Made by a program: the position numbers and the translations under genes. The notes under the pieces are model-generated. The model did not search any database and was not told the DNA's origin. It saw only the letters and a program-made list of their open reading frames with translations. Positions 12,351-26,240 of a stretch of 64,000 nt of DNA are shown piece after piece. Source of the stretch: Pocillopora damicornis (lineage: Eukaryota); contig NW_020846942.1 in assembly GCF_003704095.1 (NCBI RefSeq), positions 434,001-498,000 of the forward strand, read 5' to 3'. How positions within the stretch are numbered: the first letter of the stretch is position 1; each line of letters begins with the position of its first letter.

Positions 12351-12564
12351 TTAACCCTTAAACTCCAAAGATATGATTGTCAATTCTCCCCTAGAGCTGC
12401 TACACATTTCCTTGTAAATTAGTGACAAGAATTTGCTGTTTGATCAAAATAGTAACTTCTGCCTGATAAGTTTGAGTATTCTCATTACATTTTCGCGGGA
12501 TAATGTATGGATATTATAGGGAGAAGTTATACATGTTGAGAATGTCTGGGAGTTGAAGGGTTAA
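12351..12564. mobile_element. piggyBac-type MITE (TTAA|CCC...GGG|TTAA)
   Basis: ttaacccttaaactcc ... ggagttgaagggttaa. Internal sequence is shared with other copies in the window. Confidence 0.75.
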
Positions 12565-12967
12565 ACTCACGACACATCAGAGTATCAACATCAAGGTTCT
12601 TCTAAATAAAACACGAGTCTCCTCACACTTGACTTGAAAGATGTGTCTTTGGGAAAAAAAGCCACAAAAATTTCATGCTTTCCAAATCTGTACCTCCGAC
12701 ATGAGCACCAGGAACAATTAATCCAAGAGTGTCTCAATGGTTCCTTCAGGCACGCGTCATCCCCGCGCACTTTCGGTTCCAATCTCCACACTTTCTCTGA
12801 CTCTCGCAGGGGTAAAAGGAAGGGGGATATTTTTATTTCTCCACAAGAAGACATTCGCCATATCTTTACCCTATCTCGCATCTCAGTCTTTCTGAAGTGA
12901 CCGAGTTCTCTTTAAGCTTATTTTCATTTATAATCTTTGTTATAAATAGCTCAGCTGTCTCTCTCTC

Positions 12968-15900
12968 TCACATTGATCCCTGTAATTCCGCCTTCACACT
13001 GTTTATCTCTTTCTCCAACATCTCTTTCTCGGTTTCCAGCGCAGCTGTTCTTTTGAGATTCACCTGTAATCTGTTCTCCAGAGTTTGAAGAAGAGGTCCA
13101 CACATAACCTCCATGAGCTGACACAAAGCCTTGGTAAAAACTGCCAAAATAATAAAAAAAAGCATTTAATCAAAACAGAAATAAGGTAAGAAGAGATACT
13201 GAGTAATGCAGAATTGGGGGAAGCAAAGAGTGGGGAGGGGGGAGTGGGGGAGAGGGGGTGGGGTGGGAGTGAAGTGGGGGAGTAAGGATAGTAGAGGGTG
13301 AAGAGGAATGAGTGGGGAGATGGGTGAAATGCGAGTAGGATGGAATGACCTGGAATAACACTGATGACTTTTTAAATGACAGAATAAACTTATTCCCTCC
13401 GCTTATTAATTTACTAATTTTGATCAAATACAATTGAAGACAGAGTACTGCTGAAGTTTTCAAGATTAAATGAAAAGAAGTTGAAAATTTGCTATTTCAA
13501 GAATTCTGTTCTCTGCTAAGAACACACACTCAGGAACTTAAGGCAAGTACATTGCATGGTCACAAAAGAGAAGAAGTACAATCTGTTAATCACTTGCAGC
13601 ACAAAAGTTCATGGAAAGATATTCACAGGGCTGACTCAACAAGGGCTATGGGAGTAAGCAATTTGTCCATCCAAGAATCCCACCTCTACCAAATTTTCTA
13701 AAACACTGTTCACAAAATGACTAAAATCACATTATAGTTTCAATAAATGCCTCTACCAACCTGTACTATTATGAACTGCTGTTAATAAATCCTTAGAGCT
13801 GTTAATAAAAATGGTAAATTTAAGTTTCATACAAGTGGACAGAATACCCAGCTGTGATCACTTGAATAAAATGACTCAGAGCAGAAAAAATGTCTGAGCA
13901 TTTTGAAAGAACCTTGGCTGCATTGTTCAAAACACAATTTTAATTATGAAATTATGAAATAAATCCAGGATTAGTTTTAAAAAAAACTCTTCAGAGTTTC
14001 TTTTTTCTTTTGAGAAGCCAGGCATGAAAATAACACCAGCCAACAATGGGTAAAATTTGTACCAGAACAAGACAAGTATTTTACTGCTTTTTATAATTAA
14101 ACCAGCCAGCACTTTTAAGCTTTAAATCAAGTAGTTGGTTAAAATGCTGGCCACCACTACCTCTGGAGCACACTATTGCTTCGCCATACCAACTAAATCT
14201 GGATTAAGGCAGAGCAAGTTTTGATAAACTTGACTCATGACTTGTTCACCCTTTCCACACAAAAATACTTCAAAGCATATCTTATCCCAATAATCTACTC
14301 TCACTTGGCATTTTGCAACCAAGACAGAACTTCTCCTTGACCTTTCAATTCAATATCAAGCAGACAAGAAATGATATTAAAGAAATGTATCAATTAGGAG
14401 ACTAGTTTATCCAGTTCCAAATTCTCCACACTAATACCTTAAGAATTGTATAGCAAACAGTAGGGAGAATTATTAATAAGATCTTGGGAGTGAAAAGAGT
14501 TAAATGAACATGGACTAATAACCCCTTGAACCTTTAAACTCCCATGAGTGACCAAGACAGAATTTCTCCTTACAATATCAATACAATATCAACCAGATAA
14601 AATATCAATTTGGGGATAATTAGTTGATCCAATACTAAATTCTCTGAACTAACATCATAGGAATTGTATGGTTGACAATAAAGAGAATTACAAATTTGAT
14701 CTGGGAGTGAAAGGGTTAACATCGATACAAACCCTTTGTCTAGTGTCATTAGTTTCTGTTAGAGTCTCTTTGTGGATAAACATCAGCACTAGGGAATATA
14801 CTAAGCTGTACACAAAACTAAAAGGTAAAACGATAATATTTTTTTAGCAAGCATTTCTGTTGATAGAAAACTTACTTCAAAGTTTTACTGTATGCCTCTT
14901 CTTCTTCCTTTAATGAATAAAAAAAAAAAACAAGGCATCAACAATGTCTTTCTGCATTTATTAAGTGGTCAAGTATTGGAGTAAAGTACTGTCATTGGTT
15001 CAAGGGTAACCTGGTGCAAATCAACAACCATTATTTTCTTTTAAAATCATTTTTTTCGTATTTGAACTGATGGTTTATATTTTAAGCAATAGGTGTTAGA
15101 TTTAATCAACATTTAAATAAAGACACACACTAAAATTTATCAATTAACTACTCTGGGTAAGTTTCCTACTGGACTTCACCAGTGATCAATTGCATAGTAA
15201 ACCTAGTTGACTGTAACAGGTAATTTAGTGTTAACAACTGAGTTGAAAACATAAATTGGCCACCATAACAAGGTGAAAGGCTGACATTTCGAGCATTAGC
15301 CCTTTGTGAAAAAGGGCTATCAAAGGGCAACGAAAGGGCAATTGAGTGACCAAGACAGAATTTTTCCTTACAATACAATTTTAACCAGATAAGTGATGAG
15401 AATAAAGAAAAATATCAATTTGGGGATAATTACTTGATCCAATACTTAATTCTCCAAACTAGCATTACAAGAATTGTATGGTTGACAGTAAGGAGAATGA
15501 AACATTTGCTCTGGGAGTTAAAGGGTTAAACTCTTTACAGTGGCCAATTTATGTTTTCAACTCAGTTGTTAACACTAAATTGTCTGTTATACTCTCCCAC
15601 CAATGCAGCACCACAGTTTCTTTAGAAACTTATCCTCTTTTTATCTAGTTGACTGTAGTTTTGGTAGGCAACTTACAAATGATTCTAGAGTCCAAATAAA
15701 TCCTTTGATAGGGAAATGAAAAGTTTATCTATGCATGTATATCTATGCAAAGGTGGTCTTCACAGACTTTGTTTTTTTTGTTGTTGATGAGTTTAGTTTT
15801 TGAAATGAATCACTTTAAGGAATCATTCTATCACCTCACCTTTGATAGTATTTGTGGCAGTTCTGACAAGCTGTTTAAAGTAGCCTTTGACAAAACCTCT

Positions 15901-18900
15901 GTATGAACTATTTGAAGCTCAATGTCAGCTCGCTGATATCTGATGCAATAAGAAAATACAGAGCACTTGGTTATAAAAATTAATACATATATATTACATG
16001 GCCTAAGGCACCCTTTAGAAAAAACTGAGATCAAACCATCTAAATCAAGTCCACATATCAAATTGAATTAGATACATGTAGCTGCTACACCTAATACATG
16101 ACAAGAACTGACCAAAGATACCCCTACAGGGCTGTCACCAAGTTTGAAAGTATGTGGCAAATAAAAGACAGTATGGATACTATGTTATTTCATCAGATTA
16201 CATGTCTGTGAACTATTCAGTTAAACTTATAGTAAGCATGAACATCCATGCAAACTCTGAACATGGAATTCAATTATATATTTAAACCAGACACTGGTAG
16301 ATGATGCTTTCAATTTGTGTCTTGAACAAAACAGATCTGAATGCTGCTGCTTGGAGTTTGTATCAGCTATTTCAGCTGGTTTTTCCTGGTGACTATAGGA
16401 GTATGGAAAGTGAACTTACTGTGGAGGACTCCCCTCAGGCTTGATGTTCACTGACTGAAAACAATAAACTTTTAAATGGCCACCCTGAAAGAATCATGCG
16501 GGTAAAAAAAGTTACTAAACCGGGCTCCAAGCTTAACTTTTTCAAAGTTACCTTTGGAGAACCGTTAATAATAGAGTGGTGACAAGATATTAATGTTTGG
16601 TTAAGGAAAAAGAAACTGTAACCTTTTCACCCCTAAGATTGACCAGCTTCTAATTTCTCCTTACAATATCAGCCCTGAATCAAACATTTAGATCACGAGA
16701 ATCAAGGAAATGATCACCAATTTATGAAGCTTTTGATTTTAAACAAACTCTCCTTGTCAGCACTCCAGGAAATGTATAAAGAACAGTAAGGAGAATATAC
16801 ATACTGATGTTAGGGTGTGAAGGGTCAAGCAACATTACACCACCCAGTAATCTACTGACCAGACTACCTTTGTTTGGAGTGAGTACTGGATAGCTGGTAT
16901 TCATCATGAGAGAATCACATGCTATATCAAGGCTTGATACCAAGGAAACCAAGGAGAAAGGGGCAAATTTTCATTTTTACCAATGACAGAACTTAAGTGA
17001 TATCTATGAAAATGTGTATTTACTTTGACTTCAGACCATAAGAACTAAGTCAATAAAATGTTACAAAAGAGATTGCCACATTCCTGTAATTATTATTTTA
17101 TGGCAGTCAAGTTCAAGAAAAGTTAACCCTTTAACTCCCACAAGTGACTAAAATAGAATTTCTCCTCACAATAATAACAATACAATATCAAGCAGACAAG
17201 TGTTGACAAAGAATAGTATCAATTAGGAGATTACTAATTGATCCAATTCCTAACTCTCCAAACTAACATAAGTTGAATAGTATGGCAGACAGTAAGTAGA
17301 ATAACTAATGGCATTTGGAAGTGAAAGGGTTAAATACTACATGTAAGCCACTCACCAAATTTGTATCGGTGTTGAAACAAGAGAAGATAAGGCCAACAAA
17401 TCCTGCATCCATAAATTGGTAAGAAGCCTGAGTCCGTAGGTCTATTGCACACATAAAAATTACTTCATTACTGCATCAATTCACGGTCTACCTTTTTTTA
17501 CACTAATGAATAAAGAAGGTAAGTTTCTAAGGAAACTGCAGGGCTGCATTGGTGAGAGAGTATAACAGGGTAATTTAGGATAATCAACTGAGTTGATAAT
17601 ATAAATTGGCCTCTGTAAAGAGTTTAAAAGTGGACATTTTGAGCATTAGCCCATCATCAGAGCAATTGAAGAAGGGCTAACACTCAAAACTCCAGCTTTT
17701 AAACTCTTAACTGTGGCCAATTTACATTATCAACTCAGTTGATAATACTAAAATTACCCTTTTTCCCACTACTTACCACTTAAGTGTCATTTCATTGTAA
17801 CTCATTAGGAAAGCATGATATACATTGACAATAAGGACATCCATCTCATTTGGGCAAATCTCTTGACCTCTGTCTATAACTGCTTTTTTTCCTTTTCCCA
17901 ATTTAATATATCATCCCTCTAATGTCTAAAGATAACAGGGGTCCTAGCCTAACAGTCTCATGAAGCTGATTATCAGACAGCCATTAGACAGTTCTCAAAT
18001 AATAATATTTATTTCTTGGTGAAAGGGTTTAACCCTTTAACTCCCATGAGTGACCAAGACAGAATTTCTCCTTTCAATATCAATATAATATCAACCAGAT
18101 AAGAGATGAAAATAAAGAAAAATATCAATTTGGGGATAATTAGTTGAGCCAATACTAAATTCTCTGAACTAACAATATAACAATTGTATAGTTGACAATA
18201 AGGGTTAAGGCATCAGGCTTGACTTTATACTAATGATCGCATGCTATCACATCAGGAACTTACCAACATGTGATGGCCAAACAGTAATGTGAGGATGAGA
18301 ATGATACCAACCAATCACCCTCATTGGTCGCTGTTTTGACGTCAACATACCAAGCCTCTGAAATATCAGAAGAAAAGTATTGCAACTTATCTGTTTAAGC
18401 ATTGCTTTTATAACCATGAATGAACACTTAATGGTTTGTCCCATGATTTAAAGTTGCCTTAAATTATAAAGTCAAACCATCAATTGAAGATTGCAGCTTG
18501 TTGACCCATTTCTTCGACCAGTTAAGATCATGATAGTTTACCTCTGCCTGTGTTGAGGCATCTGACAATTGTTCTGGAGAAATCTCCACCCGATCCTTCC
18601 GCTTGTCCAGTCTCTGAAGCATGATAACTGAATAAATATGAGCTACTCTCTCATCCTCAACCTAGAAGAGGAACAGAAGAAAGAGATCATACACCAAATA
18701 TATGAGAGTACAATTTAAAACGAAGAGCATTTAGATCGATATATGGAGAATGGAAATGTCCCGGGGAAACGAAAATCAGTAGATTGTGACAACCAATGTA
18801 TAGCTAAATAATAAAATTAAGCCAGCTGTCTTTGACTCGAATACACGAGGGATTGGGAGTTTTTAACCAGCAACAGTTCGAGAAATCAAAATTCTGCAGA

Positions 18901-19189
18901 CTAAAGTTTCTTAGTGATAAGAAAAATTCCAATACATATACAATTCCAACCATATACCCACAATATTTACAAAGTTTCATTTCACTAGTGAGGCAGTTGG
19001 GGACAGTTTACAATTCAAAAGAAGCGTCTTTTATACCCATTACTTCAAAACAGCTGAAAAGTGGCAATGACCACAATAAAATACCTCTCCAATTAACAAG
19101 CCCATAACTTCTTCCCTTTCAGTCGATAGAGCGTGAGTCAAACAAACCATATAAGCATCTGCTTCAATCTTCACAGCTCCGACGGCCAT
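12968..19189 (-). CDS. BRCC3: Lys-63-specific deubiquitinase BRCC36 (JAMM/MPN+), 9 exons, about 270 aa
   Basis: Exons 19189-19085, 18661-18542, 18357-18264, 17441-17356, 16484-16420, 15939-15840, 14907-14876, 13798-13761, 13140-12968, all phase-consistent. CLTHALSTEREEVMGLLIG, RLDKRKDRVEISPEQL, JAMM motif GWYHSHPHITVWPSHVDLRTQ, C-terminal VFTKALCQLMEVMCGPLLQTLENRL. Confidence 0.96.
15216..15644. mobile_element. Palindromic retroposon remnant (probably Penelope-like terminus) with 13-bp TSD; contains a nested TTAA-MITE fragment (about 15343-15528)
   Basis: Inverted arms ttaacaactgagttgaaaacataaattggcca / tggccaatttatgttttcaactcagttgttaa. Tail ctctcccaccaatgcagcaccacagtttctttagaaac. Perfect direct repeat ctagttgactgta at 15203-15215 and 15645-15657. 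Confidence 0.7.
17123..17333. mobile_element. piggyBac-type MITE, complete copy with TTAA TSD
   Basis: ttaa|ccctttaactccc ... ggaagtgaaaggg|ttaa. Related copies at about 14246-14502, 14530-14719, 16620-16826, 18029-18207, 31328-31538, 33500-33650, 42583-42789, 50061-50202, 60776-60975 and 61672-61900. Confidence 0.8.
17517..17760. mobile_element. Palindromic retroposon remnant, same family as 15216-15644, opposite orientation
   Basis: gtttctaaggaaactg...tcaactgagttgataat.taaattggcc...gagcattagccc...gggctaacactc...ggccaatttacattatcaactcagttga. Confidence 0.7.
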
Positions 19190-19764
19190 CTTGCACTTCT
19201 CTTCCGGCGTCATCGTGCGACGCCGCTGACAAAGGATACCTCTCACATTTTAGTGACGTAATTATTTCCGAACGATACCCCCAGGCCCAGTCTACCAAGA
19301 CCCCTTGCAAAATCGGGTGATTCTGGAAACCAGGATTTTGTGGCTCTTCCCAGTGGGGGAGGTAGAGCTAAAAATGTGACGATAAAACAGGTGAAATTTG
19401 CGATTTCTATTTGTTATGGCCTCAACTTACCTTTTGCAGTTACTTGGGTTGCTTCGCAGAGGGTGTTTCAAGATGATTTGGTTATTAGAGATTTTCTAAA
19501 GTTGATGTTCGTTAGCCCAATGCTTTGAAAAACAAAGTGAGACCAAGAAAAGACTGAAAACATTTTATAATGATGATGTAAGCTTACCGATCCGTAACTC
19601 CTCAAAATTCCTTACTTTCACTATTCTTGAATTTCCCGTTGTTGACAAGCGGCTTAACTATGACGTCATCAGGCTTACAGGAACAGCTAACAGCGGTCAC
19701 GCTGAAATAGGTTACGTTGCTTTCTTACTTTTCTGGTCAGTTGTTTATGCATAGAACCCAAAAA

Positions 19765-22197
19765 ATGTTTTCCAACAGGGCTAAGTTTAACCACTTTCTG
19801 CAAACTTTGAGTGTTACACTACTTCATGTGGTGCAGTTCTCTGGAGCCACACACATCCCGAGCATCATCATTCTGTATCAATTGTTCTTTTATACACCTT
19901 TGTGGCCGTTTGTGCTTCTTTATTTGTCATGGACGTATCTCGCCGAGTGGAAAACCCCTGAACGTGGTGGAAGAGATCTTCTGAGGAATTTCATGAGACG
20001 GCTCCCTATTTTCAAGTTCATGAGGGATTACTATCCTATCACACTCGTTAAAACTAGAGACCTCGATCCACAGAAGAACTATATTTTTGGATATCATCCT
20101 CATGGAGTTTTTACCGAAGGAGCATCGATAGGATTGAATACAGAAGCATGTGGATTTAGTGAAAAATTCCCTGGAATCATTCCGCATTTGTCCGTGACCT
20201 CAGGTACTTTAAAATATCTTAACAGGCATTGTTGACGTTTCATTGGGTTTCGTTTCGTTTCCTTGTGTATGAAATTTTCACATTATCACCCTACTATTAT
20301 TATTTATGAATCAGTGATGCATTCAGCAGTTTGTCGTACTCCTTCGTGTGACCCGAAATACATTTTATACAACTTTTATACTCGTCATTAAGCTTAGACT
20401 TCACTTCGTGTTGATTTGCATATTTTCCTGCTCAGTAAAATAAATAAATAAAAGTAAAATCTAGATCACTGGACTAATGGACCAGTGGAGAGAGGATCGT
20501 ACCTCACTTCATCCGCTAGATTAATAAAGGAGTCTTTAAGGAGTATTATGTTCCACAAAGCCATTTATTTCACATCACCATCATAAAAAGGTACATGCGA
20601 AATCATGACGTCTACGTGTTTTGGGATCTCAAAGATTAACTGACCTCTCATAAATTATCTTCACGTGAGTATAAGGACGCCGACATCTTTAATCTTGCCC
20701 GGCACCCTTGCCACTTAACCTGCTATGTTCTAGCATACTCTGATCTCTTTCCTGGTACGTTCAGAGGCTACACTTATTTATTATTATTATTATAAGTTTG
20801 TTTTTCTATTCTTTGGAATCTCAAATCGCAAAAAGATGTTAATCTTGTTTCAACTTGGCAGAGAAAGAAAGAAAAAGTTGGAGCATACTTCTCCTTGAAA
20901 TTTGTCTCACAGTTTTACTTTGACTCGGTTCCCAATCCTCGTGAGGGGAAGGGTCACGTAAAATAGTTTTCAGATTGCTGGACAGGTTGGCAAAGAGTTC
21001 CAAGCTGGTGCCCTTTACATAATTAATATTTTTGAGCAAACTTTGATCGAACCCCTGTCAACAGCTGATTACATAGAAAAAAAGGAGACTTAAAGCCATA
21101 TCTCTGATTTACGTATACTTGTTTATCGATTTTTCCCGCAGTTATACTAAAACCCCTGTTATACCGGGACANNNNNNNNNNNNNNNNNNNNNNNNNNNNN
21201 NNNNNNNNNNNNNNNNNNNNNNNNNNNNNNNNNNNNNNNNNNNNNNNNNNNNNNNNNNNNNNNNNNNNNNNNNNNNNNNNNNNNNNNNNNNNNNNNNNNN
21301 NNNNNNNNNNNNNNNNNNNNNNNNNNNNNNNNNNNNNNNNNNNNNNNNNNNNNNNNNNNNNNNNNNNNNNNNNNNNNNNNNNNNNNNNNNNNNNNNNNNN
21401 NNNNNNNNNNNNNNNNNNNNNNNNNNNNNNNNNNNNNNNNNNNNNNNNNNNNNNNNNNNNNNNNNNNNNNNNNNNNNNNNNNNNNNNNNNNNNNNNNNNN
21501 NNNNGGCATTTGTCTTTTTTTTTCTTCCGGTAATTGTTAACATAAGTTTACTTCTTGTTGTTATAGTAAGAAGATCCTAGTCCTCCATTACTCGGAGTTT
21601 TGACATGAACTGTAATCAAATGGAGATATCTATCATTTTCAGGTGCGATCTTGTCCCTGTGTTTGGCTTTGGACAGAATAATCTTTATCTTAATATAATT
21701 GGCGGCAGTAGTTGCTCCCAATATTCACGGCCTCAACTTTGGTTCAGAAATTTCACCTCTTACCTCAGAACTTGTTTTCTTCCGACACGATCTCCAATCA
21801 ACGTCGTAGGTAAGCGTATTTTTCATTTGTGAATGTTTTCTTTTTATTGAAAGCACTTTTATTTACAAGTCGAACATTCCTTCTAGGATTTAGGACCAGC
21901 ATGAACTGGAAAACTGTATGATAAAAAGATGACCAATGCAATCCCAAATTAGCACCCATCAAACTTTTGTTTTGTGTATGATTTCTACTCACGCCGATTG
22001 CATAATGGTAGCTCAGTAGCATTACAATTTTCTTTTCCGCAGTGGGATCGCCTATTTCTGTTTCCAAGATTGATAAACCAAGGAAGGAAGATATAGACAA
22101 ACTTCACACACGGTACATAGACGAACTAAAAGAATTGTACGAGAACTATAAGGACAAATATCACCCATCAGAGAGATCTGAGTTGTTGATCATCTAG
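19765..22197 (+). CDS. DGAT2/MOGAT-family acyltransferase, copy A (exon 2 runs into the assembly gap)
   Basis: Exon 1 19765-20203 (FGYHPHG). Exon 2 starts at 21142 (VILKPLLYRD) and enters the N gap. Exon 3 21643-21809 (DLVPVFGFGQNNLY). Exon 4 22043-22197 (VGSPI..IDKLHTRYIDELKELY). Confidence 0.85.
21172..21504. other. Assembly gap (333 N) covering most of exon 2 of acyltransferase copy A
   Basis: N run. Confidence 1.
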
Positions 22198-23078
22198 TTA
22201 CTAAAAGGGAAATTGTTTGAATTTTTTTTTTTAGTCTCAATAAAATGTCACTAATATACAGTCGTTTTTATTTGTTCTTCCTTGGGAAACTCACCCATAC
22301 CCCCAGCGGAAACTCCCACCAGATTTCTCATGCTGAGATCCTTTCGCGTTAACGATGAGATGTATCGTGGGTCCTAGGGTGCGTAGGATTTGAGAATCCG
22401 TAGAGCATCAATTGTTTCTTTTTTTCTGTCACGTCACCGAAAAATGAAAATAAAACCCATTTTAATGGCCGGCTGCAGTTAATAGCTAGAGAAATTGCAG
22501 AATATTGATTAAAAACCGCATCCGTCAGTCTATTGTTGGAAACGCAATAACTTCCCTACTGCAAACTAGCAAAAGATTTATAAAAACAATTTTGTAGCCT
22601 AAGCAGATTGCGGGTTATTTACGCGGCCTTAGTTCACGTTACTTGAACGCATGGCAACGTTAATTGCGAAGTGAACGGGAAAAAGATTCGCCGACATTGC
22701 AGCATCAAACCCTCGGCTTGCATCACTCGCTTCAATGGGTTTATCGTTCGCCAAGAGGCTCCGCTGACAAGACACATCCTTCGCAAAAAATCGAGCTTTA
22801 TGGGCAAGAACTAACGTTGTATGTCGTTCAAGCAACACACTTCATTATTTATATCAATCGCTTCTTCTAAAATTCTCCGGTAGCAGGGAAAGGTAACAAG
22901 AACCCAGCTCATACACTCCGCCTATCCGTTATCCCTTGAGAACTACATCTACAGTTCCACAATTCCAGAATTTTTGGTTGTGTGCTTCAACTACGTACCA
23001 TGTTTCCTCCTTCCATCGATTGGGTAAACATCATGCTACGCGTACTTCAACTGCTTCTTTTTGTGTGAAACCCGAAAA

Positions 23079-25271
23079 ATGCCCCTCACTATCGATTACA
23101 TTCTACAAACTTTGAGCATCGTTCTGCTGTACTACGTAGGATTCTTAGCGAGCACTCACCTGCTGGGCATCTTTACGCTGTACAAGCTGTTCTTCTATAC
23201 ACCCTTATGGCCGGTTGTACTTCTCTATTTATCATGGACGTATCTCATTGAGTGGAAAACCCCTGAACGTGGCGGAAGAGATCTTCTGATAAACTTTGCA
23301 AGAAGGCTTTCTGTTTTCAAGTACATGAGGGATTACTTTCCTATTAACCTCGTCAAAACTAGCGACCTCGATCCACAGAAGAATTATATTTTTGGATATC
23401 ATCCCCATGGGGCTCTTACCGAAGGAGCATCGATAGGATTGAATACAGAAGCATGTGGATTTAGTGAAAAATTCCCTGGAATCATTCCGCATCTTTCCGC
23501 GCATTCAGGTAAGCTAAATCAACTTGAATCGCCATATTGGTCAATGCTTCATTACGATTTAAATTTTTAGTAAACAGCTCAAAGTTTTTACCTATTTTGA
23601 CATTATTACAGTTTTTGATTCGTCCAAGTATTCATTCTCTGTCCATTATTTAATGAGAAACATGTATACGACTGATCTTTTGACAAAATGTTCATTTATT
23701 TCATTCTTAGTTAGTTGTAACAATAAATTTGGGTGTAAAATCTGTATCCCTGGATCAGTGGTTAAGTGGATTACGGACTGCACCTCGACGTAACTGTATT
23801 CCATGTACTCAATTATTCAAGTATTTCATCAATTATCAGGGAGCAAGAAAAAGTATTGACCCAAGTTCCCAGCTTTTCCCTTTCCATATACCACATTTGA
23901 ATGCACCTAAAATGGAACCCACGGCAGGAATGAGACCGAGTAGACACACCGCACCCATGAGCAGTCCTAAGGCAAGTTGCAGTGTAAGAAAAGAGACAAA
24001 CGCATATGGGGCTTATTCGGTTTGTATCTGACTTGCTTGTTTTCTGGAAACTTTTCGTTCAGGTATCCTAACAGCCTTGTTATACCGTGATATCGTGTTG
24101 GCCCTTGGCGTGATTGATGTGACACGTGACAGCTTGGAATACAATCTGACACAGAAGGGGGCGGGACACTCGGTTGTCATCATCGTGGGCGGACAAGCAG
24201 AGATACGAGAAATGGGCTTTGATAGCTACGTGCTGATAATGAGTCGGCGGAAAGGATTCATTAAATTGGCTTTACAACTTGGGTTTGTATCAGACAGGCA
24301 TCTTATCTTATCAAGCAGGAGCTAAGTAATGGGTTCCTGATGATAGTAAGATAACTGAAAAATGTTAGAAGAATTATCTTGCCTTCAGAGCTAACATCAT
24401 AACATTTTTGTGAATATTCTGTATCCTCCATTACACGGAGTTTTGACATGGACTGTAAGTAAGTGCGGAAACTTTTATCATTTTTCAGATGCGATCTTGT
24501 CCCTGTGTTCGCCTTTGGACAGAACAATCTTTATCATCATTTTATTGGCGGCAGTAGTTGCACCCGATATTCACGACCTCAGCTTTGGTTTAGAAATTTC
24601 ACTTCTTGCCTCGGAACTTGCTTTCTTCCGGGACGGTCTCCAATCAACGTTGTAGGTAAGCGTATTTTTCATTAATGAATGTTTTTATCTTTTATGCAGT
24701 GGTTTTTTTTACAAATCGAGTATCAAAAGCAATCCGAGATACCTGTAGTTTTGCTCTACTTCGCTCTATGATTGGTCCAGAAAACTCGTCTCGCTTTCTC
24801 AACGTACCAATCAGACGCAAAACTAGAACCAATCACGAATTGGTCGCTCGCGTTTTCCCGCGCTTTTGGTTGTTTTAACTTGAGTTCTCATTGGCTCTTT
24901 AAGTTATTTTCTTTTCTCCTGAGAGGCCGTTGCGATTATTTAAGTTTTGGTGTTACAACACTCGATCGAAAAGAGCTCTAAAGAAAGACCTATGCAATCC
25001 TAAATTACATTCGACACAAGCTAGCAACCAACAGATCTGTTGTTAGTGTATGATTTCTCTTCACATCAAATCTATAGTGGTTAGTTCAGTAATGGTTTCA
25101 CTTTTCCTTTTCACAGTGGGATCGCCTATTTCTGTATCTAAGATTGAGTGTCCAACGCAGGAGGATATCGACAAACTTCACGAACGGTACATAGACGAAC
25201 TGAAAGGATTGTACGAGAAATATAAGGACAAGTATCACCCATCAGAGAGATCAGAGTTGTTGATCGTCTAA
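23079..25271 (+). CDS. DGAT2/MOGAT-family acyltransferase, copy B, about 323 aa
   Basis: Exons 23079-23508, 24063-24282, 24489-24655, 25117-25271. Motifs YFP, HPHG, VGGQAE, RRKGFIKLAL, LVPVFAFG. Confidence 0.92.
24715..24980. repeat. Interspersed repeat (also at about 48040-48315)
   Basis: Shared string tgattggtc.agaaaactcg...accaatcaga.gc...aatcacga.tt...cgcgttttcccgcgctt in both places. Confidence 0.7.
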
Positions 25272-25869
25272 TTTACATTAAACGAAGTTGGTTGAAGTTT
25301 TTTCGGTTTTACCCTCAACAAAATGTACCAAATTACAGTCGTTTTGATTGGTCCCTCTTCCAGGAAATCTCACCCGCAATCTCTGAAATTTCCACCATAT
25401 TTTTCTTGCCTAAAGGTTCCATGGTGTGCAGTGAGTTCTGTTGTGCATAAGGATCGAGAATGTGCGAAATATTGTAAGTGATAAATTTCCCACCTCGAAC
25501 TACCGAAGGAATACATTAACAAACTCTCCAGCCTCTAAGCACATGGCGGGATTTTTTCACGTGTCTTTACTTTAAATTATTCAAACACATACGAGCGGCG
25601 AAGCGAATGGGAGAACTCCCTGAAATTGCGAAATTAATTGCAGGCATCAAACTCTTAGCCTGCGTCACCCGCAAAAATAGGTTCATCGTTTTATCGGAGG
25701 TTCCACTGACAAAATGCACCCTTCGCAAACAATCTAGTAAGGTGGGACAAAACAACCACTATATGCCGTTAAGCAACACACACCGTCATTCATGGCTTTT
25801 ATCGAAATTTATCTGGAGGTAGGGAGAAGTAGCAAGAATTGTGAGAATGGTTGACTCAGACATTCCGCC

Positions 25870-26240
25870 AATCCTGCAAACGTTGAGCATTACACTTCTA
25901 CATTTTGTTGGATCTTAGGAGGCACTCACGTGCTGGGTATCTTTACGCTTTACCAAATATTCTATTATACACTCCTATGGCCGGTTGTACCTCTCTTTTT
26001 ATCATGGACGTATCATGTTGAGTGGAAAACCCCTGAACGTGGCGGAAGAGACCTTCTGATACATGAGGGATTACTATCCTATTACCCTCGTTAAAACTAG
26101 CGACTTCCATCCTCAGAAGAATTATATTTTGGATATCATCCCCATGGAGCTTTTACCGAAGGTGCATCGATAGGATCGAATAAAGAAGCATGTGGATTTA
26201 ATGACAAATTCCCTGGAATCATTCCTGTCCGCGAAGTTAG
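25870..26240 (+). pseudogene. DGAT2/MOGAT exon-1 pseudogene
   Basis: Homologous to exon 1 of copies B and C, with 1-nt deletions (ggatcttagg; attatattttgg), a deletion of about 30 nt (ctgat|acatgaggg) and a short 3' deletion. Followed by intron-1 homology to about 26720; no exons 2-4. Confidence 0.88.

Noticed and set aside
7988-21580. ORF-track entries spanning N runs, and the many short antisense or overlapping ORFs
   Set aside because: Artefacts of gaps, repeats or the shadow frames of real exons; no motifs.
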